From positions 11,780,001 to 11,844,000 of the forward strand of contig OZ059895.1 of assembly GCA_964057225.1 (NCBI GenBank): a stretch of DNA of 64,000 nucleotides. The letters are read 5' to 3'. A program made the translations under genes and the position numbers. This document shows, piece after piece, positions 49,201 to 61,857 of the stretch. The DNA is from Auanema rhodensis. Its lineage: Eukaryota; Animalia; Nematoda. The notes beneath the pieces were generated by a model, which had not been told where the DNA came from, did not search any database, and worked only from the letters and a program-made list of their open reading frames with translations. Position 1 is the stretch's first letter. Every line of letters begins with the position of its first letter.

Positions 49201-51249
49201 GAATTTTTTAATTATATAATCTAAGTTTTGTGAACATATAATCAAAGTAATCGTATTTTGCGGCGGGCTCAACATGCTATTTCGTTTGATTTTTATGAAA
49301 AATAAAACATTCTAAAAATATTATTTCTTGTCTTAGAAGTACGTGCTACATCTCAACCAACTCAAAATCAGTTAATTAAAAGGGTAAAACAAAATTTGTG
49401 AGCACAGAAGCACAATAATCATGTTTTCCGGCGGGCCAAATTTGCTGTTTTGTTCGATTTTTAAGAAAAATTAAATAATCTATTATTTTTATTTTCAGTC
49501 TTAACGTTACGTGCAACATCTCATTCAACTCAAAATAAACTGTTTAATTATATAAATTAGGTTTTGTAAGTATATATTCAAAGTAATCATGTTTTGCGGC
49601 GGACTCAACTTGCTATTTCGTTTGATTTTAATGAAAAATAAAACATTCTAAAAATTTTATTATTTGTCCTAGAAATACGTGCAACATCTCATTCAACTCA
49701 AAATAAACTGTTTAAGTATATAAATTAAATTTTGTAAACATATAATCAAAGTAATCGTGTTTTGCGGCGGGCTCTACTTGGTACTTCGTTTGATTTTTAT
49801 GAAAAATTAAATATTTCAAAATTTTTATTTTTAACCCTAGAAATACGTGCTATTTCTTATTCAAATCAGAATGAATTTTTTAATTATATAATCTAAGTTT
49901 TGTGAACATATAATCAAAGTAATCGTATTTTGCGGCGGGCTCAACTTGCTATTTCGTTTGATTTTTATGTAAAATTAAATATTTATAAATTTTTATTTTT
50001 AGCACTAGAAATACGTGCTATTTTTCATTCAAATCAGAATGAATTTTTTATTTATATAATCTAAGTTTTGTGAACATATAATCAAAGTAATCGTATTTTG
50101 CGGCGGGCTCAACTTGCTATTTCGTTTGATTTTTATGTAAAATTAAATATTTATAAATTTTTATTTTTAGCACTAGAAATACGTGCTATTTTTCATTCAA
50201 ATCAGAATGAATTTTTTATTTATATAATCTAAGTTTTGTGAACATATAATCAAAGTAATCGTATTTTGCGGCGGGCTCAACTTGCTATTTCGTTTGATTT
50301 TTATGAAAAATAAAACATTCTAAAAATATTATTTCTTGTCTTAGAAGTACGTGCTACATCTCAACCAACTCCAAATAAACTGTTTAAGTATATAAATTAA
50401 GTTTTGTAAGCATATATTTAAAGTAATCATGTTTTGCGGCGGACTCAACTTGCTATTTCGTTTGATTTCAATGAAAAATAAAACATTCTCAAAATTTTAT
50501 TATTTGTCCTAGAAATACGTGCAACATCTCATTCAACTCAAAATAAACTGTTTAAGTATATAAATTAAGTTTTGTAAGCATATATTTAAAGTAATCATGT
50601 TTTCCGGCGGGCTCTACTTGGTACTTCGTTTGATTTTTATGAAAAATTAAATATTTCAAAATTTTTATTTTTAGCCCTAGAAATACGTGCTATTTCTCAT
50701 TCAAATCAGAATGAATTTTTTAATTATATAATCTAAGTTTCGTGAACATATAATCAAAGTAATCGTATTTTGCGGCGGGCTCAACTTGCTATTTCGTTTG
50801 ATTTTTATGAAAAATAAAACATTCTAAAAATATTATTATTTGTTCTAGAAATACGTGCAACATCTCATTCAACTCAAAATAAACTGTTTAAGTATATAAA
50901 TTAAGTTTTGTAAGCATATATTTAAAGTAATCATGTTTTCCGGCGGGCTCTTCTTGGTACTTCGTTTGATTTTTATGAAAAATTAATTATTTCAAAATTT
51001 TTATTTTTAGCCCTAGAAATACGTGCTATTTCTCATTCAAATCAGAATGAATTTTTTAATTATATAATCTAAGTTTTGTGAACATATAATCAAAGTAATC
51101 GTATTTTGGGCCGGCCCAACTTGCTATTTCGTTTGATTTTTATGAAAAATAAAACATTCTAAAAATATTATTTCTTGTCTTTGAAGTACGTGCTACATCT
51201 CAACCAACTCAAAATCAGTTAATTAAAAGGGTAAAACGAAATTTGTAAG
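43280..51249. repeat. Tandem satellite 2, 168-bp monomer, about 47 copies, 672-bp tetramer HOR
   Basis: The GC core gcggcgggc recurs every 168 bp in very AT-rich DNA. Variant attaaaagggtaaaac at 43801 and 44473 (672 bp apart). Confidence 0.98.
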
Positions 51250-51278
51250 AAAAATTTTAAAGAGAAATTTTTACTCAC

Positions 51279-53607
51279 CTCATAGCCATGATTGGCAACG
51301 CTGTCATAAGCATCGAGTAGATAGCGATGGCCATCTACTCTCACTGCAAATTCACCACCATTAAGCTTATGCATTAATGGGCGGCCCAATCCTTGTTCTA
51401 GCCATTTTATATACTTCATGGCTATTATACTCTGCTTTTGACCGGCATAATAACCAGTCTCGGGCAGAATAGCCACTTGGTTCTTTTTAATGTGGTTCAT
51501 TTTCAACTGTAATATACTAGTTTTGAAAATGCTTGTATTTTAAAAAACTTGCCTGGAATAAAGAGAAACTGGCAAATGTCATACATTGTATGACAGGGTT
51601 TCACCCAGTCGTGGCGGTTGCCAACTTCATGTAAACTTTCATACAGTTGGTTAAAATACGGACATCTGTCCTACAATATTCAAAAAGCTCTTCATCAAAA
51701 TCAAACGCTCTTTAATTACGCTCTTCATACCAAATATTGAATGAAGCTAGATTTTCTGCTTTCATTCTAGCAGTACAATAGTACTGTTTTGGTGGTAAAG
51801 ATGGTAACACTTTGCCATAATTTATTGGATGGTTAAAGAGGTAAGGAAACTGTCCTTTACTCATATCAGGTACACCAAATGCCTTGGGTAACGCTGATAA
51901 GGGTAAAGGCACTAATAAATAACTATCTTTGAAATATAAATGATTAAATTTTTGACCTCTGTGGTAAAAGACTCCATCCAACGCTTTCTATCTTGTTCCG
52001 AGTCTCAATTGCAATGTGAGGCCTTGCGTTGTCCTGAAGCAGTAGAACTCCTTTCCTGTTGATTAAAGCCGGGCGAAGTTTGATGAGTTTCTCATGAACT
52101 ATGTCTATCTGAGCACAATATGCTGTTCTATCGATAGTTCTCCCTTTTGGCAAATAATCTACGTGAACAATCCCGTGTGTAGTCCACCATACAGTAATCA
52201 AAATTTTTTTGATGTTAGTGCCTTCTTAGCTATGGTTCCTGCCGGTTCTCCTCGTTGAACCCATTGTGCTGATTTTCTGGAGTTATCTTATTCAACCCAT
52301 TTTTCATCACAGGTGAAAATACGATCGATGAAAAGGTCCTGAGAATTCATAGAGAGTAGAGAAGCAGCTATAGTCAGGCGAGTCAACTTGTTGTCTTCGG
52401 AGAGAGTAGGTGGAATCCATTTGTCGAGCTTTTTGATGTAGTTCAACTCATGTAGACGCTTCCTAACTGTAGATTCATCACAATTCAAATCTCTACATAG
52501 TTCCTGACAAGTTGCTCTCGGTGTTTCGTGAATTATCTCTTTTAACTTTCCATCATCAAGAATTCTTGGTCGACCGAGACGTTGTTCATCTTCAAGGTCT
52601 TCATTTCCTGTTTTGGATCTTCTAAACCAGAATCTTGCCACTCCGTCACTCACAGCATCATCACCGAACACTCTTCTAATTTTTTGAGCAGCTTCAGAAG
52701 CTTTAAGATTGTTCTTGAATTCATAAAGCAAAACTGAGCGAATTGTAACACTCGAGTAGACCATTTTCAATCTTCAAAAAAATAATTTTATTCAGAATAT
52801 ATGATCACTACACATGCATAAAATAATTACATATAAATAGTAGTTATTTATGCTGTTTATACTTTTTTAATTAATTTTATTATATCCCGCCAAATATATA
52901 AAAAATGACTATTTAAATTTGAAACGTCGATTACTTTTTCCGGTACCTAATAATACCATCAAAAAGCTGTGATCTACTACAAGTTGTAATATAGTCATAA
53001 TGATTATTTCGGTAGCCTAGTGTTACCACTTTGCTAGCCGTTTCATTAAAGATACGCTGAATAGCGTATATACGCTGTCCAGGTGCCCTAGCGTATACTA
53101 CAAACTTATAGTCTGTATTACAACTTGCAATAATATTTAAATGGTTTAAATTAAGATTTTGTATCCTCCGCTTTTCAACAACATCTTCTGCTGCCTCTTC
53201 ATCGGCTTTCCACATTCCCACAACTGCTGCTCTAGCCAGGCATCAAACATTTCATCAAACACATACATCTCAATATTCATTGCTTGGCTGATTACAGCCT
53301 CTCGTTTTAATTGCTGCATCTTGCTGATGGCATTCATAATGGCTACGCCATCCAGATGCTCCCTTCTACGAAAGTCCATGAATATGGAGCCCTTTTCAAA
53401 GGAAGGGTGCTCAATTGATAAACAAAATAAGGCTTTTTGCTTATCAGGCACACCGCTTTCAGCAAGACAACGATCAAGGAATTCGTTGAATAACCGCGGC
53501 ATGATAACATGCATTGGTTCATCAACATTTTCCAAGTGTGGGAACGTGAGCGATCGAACGACCACGTTGGTAAAACGACCGGTGCGTTTTATGCACCGGT
53601 GTGATCA
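51279..53607 (-). pseudogene. Protein-primed DNA polymerase B of a second Maverick (lineage B), interrupted by mariner and deletions
   Basis: N-terminal exon homologous to 34584-34946; TLGYRNNHYDYI; FKDSY...LSALPKAFG..KGQFPYLFN; ExoIII-like EYCRTDVRIL; QSIIAMKYIKW...HKLNGGE...LDAYD insert. Ends at a gtgagt donor (51278). Confidence 0.92.
51960..52950 (-). mobile_element. Mariner element, 5' TIR intact, 3' end deleted, transposase pseudogene
   Basis: TA|TTAGGTACCGGAAAAAGTAATCG terminus at 52950; WIPPTL (WVPHEL-like), TCDEKW, LLQDNARPH. Stop at 52288, a frameshift near 52205, and loss before YSPDL. Confidence 0.95.
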
Positions 53608-53804
53608 CTATAATAAACAACATTTATAACAGTTTACATGCTTTTTTATTTTTTTTTAAAGTTTAAATAAAAATAGTTTTAAGAATATATATAATATGAA
53701 TGGTTTCATCTTTTGCTTATAATTATTATGTCTCTTTGTTTGTTATAGTCGTTATTTTTTATTTAATTGAAATGGTTTCCAATATATTTTAGTTTGTTTC
53801 AAAA

Positions 53805-54435
53805 CGATTAGAAAAATACAAAATATTTGAATGTTTCAGTTTTTGAGCATCAATTTTTTTTTTAATGTTTAAAAATTTAATATATAAAAATTAAATAATA
53901 GTAGAATTATAAAATTGTTTAAAATATATATATAAATAAAAGAGATGAAGTGAAATGGTTTAGAAAATACAAAATATTTAAATGTTTCAGTTTTTGAGCA
54001 TCACAATATTGAAATTTAAATGTTTTTTAGTGATTGAAAATTTAATAAACGAAATTATGAAAAAGTGATAGAAATTTAAATTTGTTCAAGATATGTGATT
54101 AAATAAAAGAGATGAAGTGAAATGGCTTAGAGAATATAAATCTGTTTCATGTTTCAGTTTTTGAGCATCACAATATTGAAATTTAAATGTTTTTTAATGA
54201 TTAAAAATTTAAAAAATGAAATTATGAAATAGTGGTAGAAATATAAAATTGTTTAAAATAGATGAAGTGAAATGGTTTAGAAAAAACAAAATATTTAAAT
54301 GTTTCTGGTTTTGCGCATCAAAATATTTAAATTTAAGTGTAATTTAATGATTAAAAAGTTTAATAAATAAAAATTATAAAGTAGTGGTACAAATTTAAAA
54401 TCATTTAAAATATGGAATTAAATAAAAGAGATGGA
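53805..54435. repeat. About four diverged 150-167 bp tandem units upstream of the lineage-B pPolB exon
   Basis: tgtttcagtttttgagcatca at about 53832, 53983, 54150 and 54300, and recurring agagatgaagtgaaatgg. Confidence 0.85.
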
Positions 54436-55262
54436 GTGAGCGATCTAACGACCACGTTGGTGAACCGACCAGTGCGTTTTATGCGTCGGTGTGACCACTA
54501 TAATACACACTTTTTATAATGGTTATACGCTTTTATTTTAAATATAAATAATTTTTGTTTATAACTTTTAATAAATTTACTTTTCTTTAAATTATTTTTA
54601 TATGCTTTTATTAAAAATGAATGGCATTTGATTTTTAAATATAAAATTTTTTTTTTCAACTTTGAAAAAACTTTTATAAACATTTGTTAATGTTTGAAAA
54701 TAAATGAAAAGGTCAAGATGGTGTTTTTATATTTTACTAGTTCAAAATGTTTGAAATATTTATAATTTGTAAGAATTCAAAATTGGTTGAAAAAAAGATA
54801 TATAGTGAGATAAAATGTAAAGATTTTAAAATGAATGCTGTTCAAAAGAATGAATATATAAATTTCAAAATACTTGCAATTTGTTTGATAAAAGATATAG
54901 ATTGAGATGAAATGTAAAGATGAGAGAGAGAGAATTTTATGAATGCAATTGAAAAAGAGAAATAAATTTCAAAATGTTTTCAAAATATGCAATTGGAGCA
55001 AGAGAAAATTTCATGTTTCAAAAGATATATTATGAAATAATATGTAAATAAAAGATCGCACCTCTATTTTACAGACATCATTGAATGTCGCTCCATATCC
55101 GACTTGCCCTCCACTGGTTGATGGGGTAGCGGGATCCCATTCGCTTAAAAAGAAAAAACTAAATGTTATAATTTTTAATATAGCTTACTCATCACTGTCA
55201 TCCAAGGTTATTACTTCAATAACCCTTGATGATGAGGGCCCACTGTTAAAAGTGGGTGATGT
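54436..55262 (-). pseudogene. 5' exons of lineage-A pPolB (three exon pieces, introns of 45 and 564 bp)
   Basis: 54436-55003 closely matches 34885-35453. Splicing 55188-55144 and 55061-54498 gives the open peptide PTSPTFNSGPSSSRVIEVITLDDSDDEWDPATPSTSGGQVGYGATFNDVCKIEWSHRRIKRTGRFTNVVVRSL. Confidence 0.8.
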
Positions 55263-56507
55263 GGGTGGCCATAAATTCTCGGCACCCCCCAAAATTTTCA
55301 ATTTTTTTATTTTAAAAAAAGTTTTTCTGTTTTTCACAATTATTCGAGTATAATCTACTTTATTTAACTGTTTTGAACTTTATTCTCTAACTTCAAAAGG
55401 TTTTCCCCACGTTTTAAGTCCAAAATTTTTATTAGAATGATTTATGGAGCATGAACAGATAACCAAAAAATTTTAAAATTTCAAAAAATCATAAAAAATA
55501 ATTTCCGAACAAAAATAAAAAAATTATTCGTAAAAACAATACTTTGAACTATCGAGAAACTAAAAAAAATACTTAATATCGTGTGGCGTGTCCTCTAGCT
55601 TCGATAACCGCTTTGCATCTTCGTGGCATTGATGCAACTAGTTTTTCCAGAAGTCTTCGTGGCAATTTCTTCCAGGTTTCCCTCAGGATCTTCATTTTTT
55701 TATCCGGTTTCTTGCAGTTTGTTTTTCTGACCCTCCACTTCAATATCGACCACAAATTTTCAATCGGGTTGAGGTCAGGGCTCTGTGGAGGCCACTTCAT
55801 CAGCGTCACCCCGTTACTAGCCATCCACTCCTTGGCACCACGTGACGTGTGTTTTGGGTCGTTATCCTGCTGATAGATGAAGCCTCTACAAAGTTTTGAG
55901 CAAGCGTATGGATACATTACATTCTCCAGAATGTTTCTGTACCCATATTGATCCATGGTTCTTTCAATTTGGTGCAAGGGACCAACTTCAGATGACGTGA
56001 AGGCTCCCCACACCATCACTGAGCCTCCACCAAACTTGGTGGTGCCAGTCGTGTATCTTCTATGGTACCTGAAGCCAGTGGGACGTCTGACTCTCCTAGC
56101 TCCACCATTCCAAGCCAACATGAACTTGCATTCATCCGTCCAGATGCATTTCTTCCATTGCTCCTGGGTCCAGTTCACGTGCTCCTTAGCGAATTCCAGA
56201 CGCTTTTTGACGTTCCTCTTGGAAAGTAGAGGTTTTTTGGCCGAGTAGTGGGAACGTAACCCTTGTGCCAACAACCTGGTACGAATTGTCCTAGCGGAGC
56301 AAACGTTGGGCTTCAGCAACTTCAGCTCTTCACGGATTTCCTGAGACGTCGTGAAGGGATTAATGACAGCCAACCTTCGTATCACTCTGTCTTCTTGTTC
56401 TGTGATAGATCTTGGTCTTTTTTGATTCTGCAGTCTTTCGTCATCTCCAGAATGTCCTTTCCTGACGATATCTCCTACTGTAGACCTTGGGACACCCAGA
56501 AGACGTC
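55263..56507 (-). mobile_element. Tc1-family (DD34E) element, 5'-truncated by satellite 2
   Basis: Tc1-TIR-like gtggccataaattctcggcac near 55265 and an AT-rich 3' region downstream of the transposase. Confidence 0.88.
55573..56506 (-). CDS. Tc1 transposase, open frame with complete catalytic domain but missing its start
   Basis: [39 protein letters not shown]. The frame stays open upstream of the called start (RLLGVPRSTVGDIV...RPRSITEQEDR) up to the satellite junction. Confidence 0.93.
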
Positions 56508-59500
56508 ATGAAAAATAAAACATTCTAAAAATTTTATTATTTGTCCTAGAAATACGTGCAACATCTCATTCAACTCAAAATAAACTGTTTAAGTATATAA
56601 ATTAAATTTTGTAAACATATAATCAAAGTAATCGTGTTTTGCGGCGGGCTCTACTTGGTACTTCGTTTGATTTTTATGTAAAATTAAATATTTATAAATT
56701 TTTATTTTTAGCACTAGAAATACGTGCTATTTCTCATTCAAATCAGAATGAATTTTTTATTTATATAATCTAAGTTTTGTGAACATATAATCAAAGTAAT
56801 CGTATTTTGCGGCGGGCTCAACTTGCTATTTCGTTTGATTTTTATGAAAAATAAAACATTCTAAAAATATTATTTCTTGTCTTAGAAGTACGTGCTACAT
56901 CTCAACCAACTCAAAATCAGTTAATTAAAAGGGTAAAACAAAATTTGTAAGCACAGAAGCACAATAATCATGTTTTCCGGCGGGCCAAATTTGCTGTTTT
57001 GTTCGATTTTTAAGAAAAATTAAATAATCTATTATTTTTATTTTCAGTCTTAACGTTACGTGCAACATCTCATTCAACTCAAATTAAACTGTTTAATTAT
57101 ATAAATCAGGTTTTGTAAGTATATATTCAAAGTAATCATGTTTTGCGGCGGACTCAACTTGCTATTTCGTTTGATTTTAATGAAAAATAAAACATTCTCA
57201 AAATTTTATTATTTGTCCTAGAAATACGTGCAACATCTCATTCAACTCAAAATAAACTGTTTAAGTATATAAATTAAGTTTTGTAAGCATATATTTGAAG
57301 TAATCATGTTTTCCGGCGGGCTCTACTTGGTACTTCGTTTGATTTTTATGAAAAATTAAATATTTCAAAATTTTTATTTTTAGCCCTAGAAATACGTGCT
57401 ATTTCTTATTCAAATCAGAATGAATTTTTCAATTATATAATCTAAGTTTTGTGAACATATAATCAAAGTAATCGTATTTTGCGGCGGGCTCAACATGCTA
57501 TTTCGTTTGATTTTTATGAAAAATAAAACATTCTAAAAATATTATTTCTTGTCTTAGAAGTACGTGCTACATCTCAACCAACTCAAAATCAGTTAATTAA
57601 AAGGGTAAAACAAAATTTGTGAGCACAGAAGCACAATAATCATGTTTTCCGGCGGGCCAAATTTGCTGTTTTGTTCGATTTTTAAGAAAAATTAAATAAT
57701 CTATTATTTTTATTTTCAGTCTTAACGTTACGTGCAACATCTCATTCAACTCAAAATAAACTGTTTAATTATATAAATTAGGTTTTGTAAGTATATATTC
57801 AAAGTAATCATGTTTTGCGGCGGACTCAACTTGCTATTTCGTTTGATTTTAATGAAAAATAAAACATTCTCAAAATTTTATTATTTGTCCTAGAAATACG
57901 TGCAACATCTCATTCAACTCAAAATAAACTGTTCAAGTATATAAATTAAGTTTTGTAAGCATATATTTAAAGTAATCATGTTTTCCGGCGGGCTCTACTT
58001 GGTACTTCGTTTGATTTTTATGAAAAATTAAATATTTCAAAATTTTTATTTTTAGCCCTAGAAATACGTGCTATTTCTCATTCAAATCAGAATGAATTTT
58101 TTAATTATCTAATCTAAGTTTTGTGAACATATAATCAAAGTAATCTTATTTTGCGGCGGGCTCAACTTGCTATTTCGTTTGATTTTTATGAAAAATAAAA
58201 CATTCTAAAAATATTATTTCTTGTCTTTGAAGTACGTGCTACATCTCAACCAACTCGAAATCAGTTAATTAAAATGGTAAAACAAAATTTGTAAGCACAG
58301 AAGCACAATAATCATGTTTTCCGGCAGGCTCTACTTGGTACTTCGTTCGATTTTTATGAAAAATTAAATATTTCAAAATTTCTATTTTTAACCCTAGAAA
58401 TACGTGCTATTTCTTATTCAAATCAGAATGAATTTTTCAAATATATAATCTAAGTTTTGTGAACATATAATCAAAGTAATCTTATTTTGCGGCGGGCTCA
58501 ACTTGCTATTTCGTTTGATTTTTATGAAAAATAAAACATTCTAAAAATATTATTTCTTGTCTTTGAAGTACGTGCTACATCTCAACCAACTCAAAATCAG
58601 TTGATTAAAAGGGTAAAACGAAATTTGTAAGCACAGAAGCACAATAATCATGTTTTCCGGCGGGCTCTACTTGGTACTTCGTTTGATTTTTATGAAAAAT
58701 TAAATATTTCAAAATTTTTATTTTTAGCCCTAGAAATACGTGCTATTTCTCATTCAAATCAGAATGAATTTTTTAATTATATAATCTAAGTTTTGTGAAC
58801 ATATAATCGAAGTAATCGTATTTTGCGGCGGGCTCAACTTGCTATTTCGTTTGATTTTTATGAAAAATAAAACATTCTAAAAATATTATTTCTTGTCTTT
58901 GAAATAGGTGCTACATCTCAACTAACTGAAAATCAGTTGATTAAAAAGGTAAAACAAAATTTGTAAGCACAGAAGCACAATAATCATGTTTTCCGGCGGG
59001 CTCTACTTGGTACTTCGTTTGATTTTTATGAAAAATTAAATATTTCAAAATTTTTATTTGTAGCCCTAGAAATACGTGCTAGTTCTCATTCAAATCAGAA
59101 TGAATTTTTTAATTATATAATCTAAGTTTTGTGAACATATAATCAAAGTAATCGTATTTTGCGGCGGGCTCAACTTGCTATTTCGTTTGATTTTTATGAA
59201 AAATAAAACATTCTAAAAATATTATTATTTGTTCTAGAAATACGTGCAACATCTCATTCAACTCAAAATAAACTGTTTAAGTATATAAATTAAGTTTTGT
59301 AAGCATATATTTAAAGTAATCATGTTTTCCGGCGGGCTCTTCTTGGTACTTCGTTTGATTTTTATGAAAAATTAATTATTTCAAAATTTTTATTTTTAGC
59401 CCTAGAAATACGTGCTATTTCTCATTCAAATCAGAATGAATTTTTTAATTATATAATCTAAGTTTTGTGAACATATAATCAAAGTAATCGTATTTTGGGC

Positions 59501-60111
59501 CGGCCCAACTTGCTATTTCGTTTGATTTTTATGAAAAATAAAACATTCTAAAAATATTATTTCTTGTCTTTGAAGTACGTGCTACATCTCAACCAACTCA
59601 AAATCAGTTAATTAAAAGGGTAAAACGAAATTTGTAAGCACAGAAGCACAATAATCATGTTTTCCGGCGGGCTCTACTTGGTACTTCGTTTGATTTTTAT
59701 GAAAAATTAAATATTTCAAATTTTTTATTTTTAGCCCTAGAAATACGTGCTATTTCTCATTCAAATCAGAATGAATTTTTTAATTATATGATCTAAGTTT
59801 TGTGAACATATAATCAAAGTAATCGTATTTTGCGGCGGGCTCAACTTGCTATTTCGTTTGATTTTTATGAAAAATAAAACATTCTAAAAATATTATTTCT
59901 TGTCTTTGAAATACATGCTACATCTCAACCAACTCAACATCAGTTAATTAAAAAGGTAAAACAAAAATTGTAAGCACAGAAGCACAATAATCATGTTTTC
60001 CGGCGGGCTCTACTTGGTACTTCGTTTGATTTTTATGAAAAATTAAATATTTCAAAATTTTTATTTGTAGCCCTAGAAATACGTGCTATTTCTCATTCAA
60101 ATCAGAATAAA
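56508..60111. repeat. Second array of the 168-bp satellite 2, about 21 copies, same orientation
   Basis: Same monomer variants as 43280-51249. Confidence 0.98.
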
Positions 60112-60209
60112 TCATATCAGGTACACCAAATGCCTTGGGTAACGCTGATAAGGGTAAAGGCACTAATAAATAACTTCTTTGAAATATAAATGATTAAATT
60201 TTTGACCTC

Positions 60210-61200
60210 TGTGGTAAAAGACTCCATCCAACGCTTTCTATCTTGTTCCGAGTCTCAATTGCAATGTGAGGCCTTGCGTTGTCCTGAAGCAGTAGAACTC
60301 CTTTCCTGTTGATTAAAGCCGGGCGAAGTTTGATGAGTTTCTCATGAACTATGTCTATCTGAGCACAATATGCTGTTCTATCGATAGTTCTCCCTTTTGG
60401 CAAATAATCTACGTGAACAATCCCGTGTGTAGTCCACCATACAGTAATCAAAATTTTTTTGATGTTAGTGCCTTCTTAGCTATGGTTCCTGCCGGTTCTC
60501 CTCGTTGAACCCATTGTGCTGATTTTCTGGAGTTATCTTATTCAACCCATTTTTCATCACAGGTGAAAATACGATCGATGAAAAGGTCCTGAGAATTCAT
60601 AGAGAGTAGAGAAGCAGCTATAGTCAGGCGAGTCAACTTGTTGTCTTCGGAGAGAGTAGGTGGAATCCATTTGTCGAGCTTTTTGATGTAGTTCAACTCA
60701 TGTAGACGCTTCCTAACTGTAGATTCATCACAATTCAAATCTCTACATAGTTCCTGACAAGTTGCTCTCGGTGTTTCGTGAATTATCTCTTTTAACTTTC
60801 CATCATCAAGAATTCTTGGTCGACCGAGACGTTGTTCATCTTCAAGGTCTTCATTTCCTGTTTTGGATCTTCTAAACCAGAATCTTGCCACTCCGTCACT
60901 CACAGCATCATCACCGAACACTCTTCTAATTTTTTGAGCAGCTTCAGAAGCTTTAAGATTGTTCTTGAATTCATAAAGCAAAACTGAGCGAATTGTAACA
61001 CTCGAGTAGACCATTTTCAATCTTCAAAAAAATAATTTTATTCAGAATATATGATCACTACACATGCATAAAATAATTACATATAAATAGTAGTTATTTA
61101 TGCTGTTTATACTTTTTTAATTAATTTTATTATATCCCGCCAAATATATAAAAAATGACTATTTAAATTTGAAACGTCGATTACTTTTTCCGGTACCTAA
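60210..61200 (-). mobile_element. Duplicate of the mariner element
   Basis: Identical ORFs and TIR, same junctions as 51960-52950. Confidence 0.95.
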
Positions 61201-61202
61201 TA

Positions 61203-61857
61203 ATACCATCAAAAAGCTGTGATCTACTACAAGTTGTAATATAGTCATAATGATTATTTCGGTAGCCTAGTGTTACCACTTTGCTAGCCGTTTCATTAAA
61301 GATACGCTGAATAGCGTATATACGCTGTCCAGGTGCCCTAGCGTATACTACAAACTTATAGTCTGTATTACAACTTGCAATAATATTTAAATGGTTTAAA
61401 TTAAGATTTTGTATCCTCCGCTTTTCAACAACATCTTCTGCTGCCTCTTCATCGGCTTTCCACATTTCCACAACTGCTGCTCTAGCCAGGCATCAAACAT
61501 TTCATCAAACACATACATCTCAATATTCATTGCCTGGCTGATTACAGCCTCTCGTTTTAATTGCTGCATCTTGCTGATGGCATTCATAATGGCTACGCCA
61601 TCCAGATGCTCCCTTCTACGAAAGTCCATGAATATGGAGCCCTTTTCAAAGGAAGGGTGCTCAATTGATAAACAAAATAAGGCTTTTTGCTTATCAGGCA
61701 CACCGCTTTCAGCAAGACAACGATCAAGGAATTCGTTGAATAACCGCGGCATGATAACATGCATTGGTTCATCAACATTTTCCAAGTGTGGGAACGTGAG
61801 CGATCGAACGACCACGTTGGTAAAACGACCGGTGCGTTTTATGCACCGGTGTGATCA
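61203..61857 (-). pseudogene. Duplicate of the lineage-B pPolB N-terminal part
   Basis: ORFs 61181-61471 and 61396-61815 mirror 52931-53221 and 53146-53565. Confidence 0.88.
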
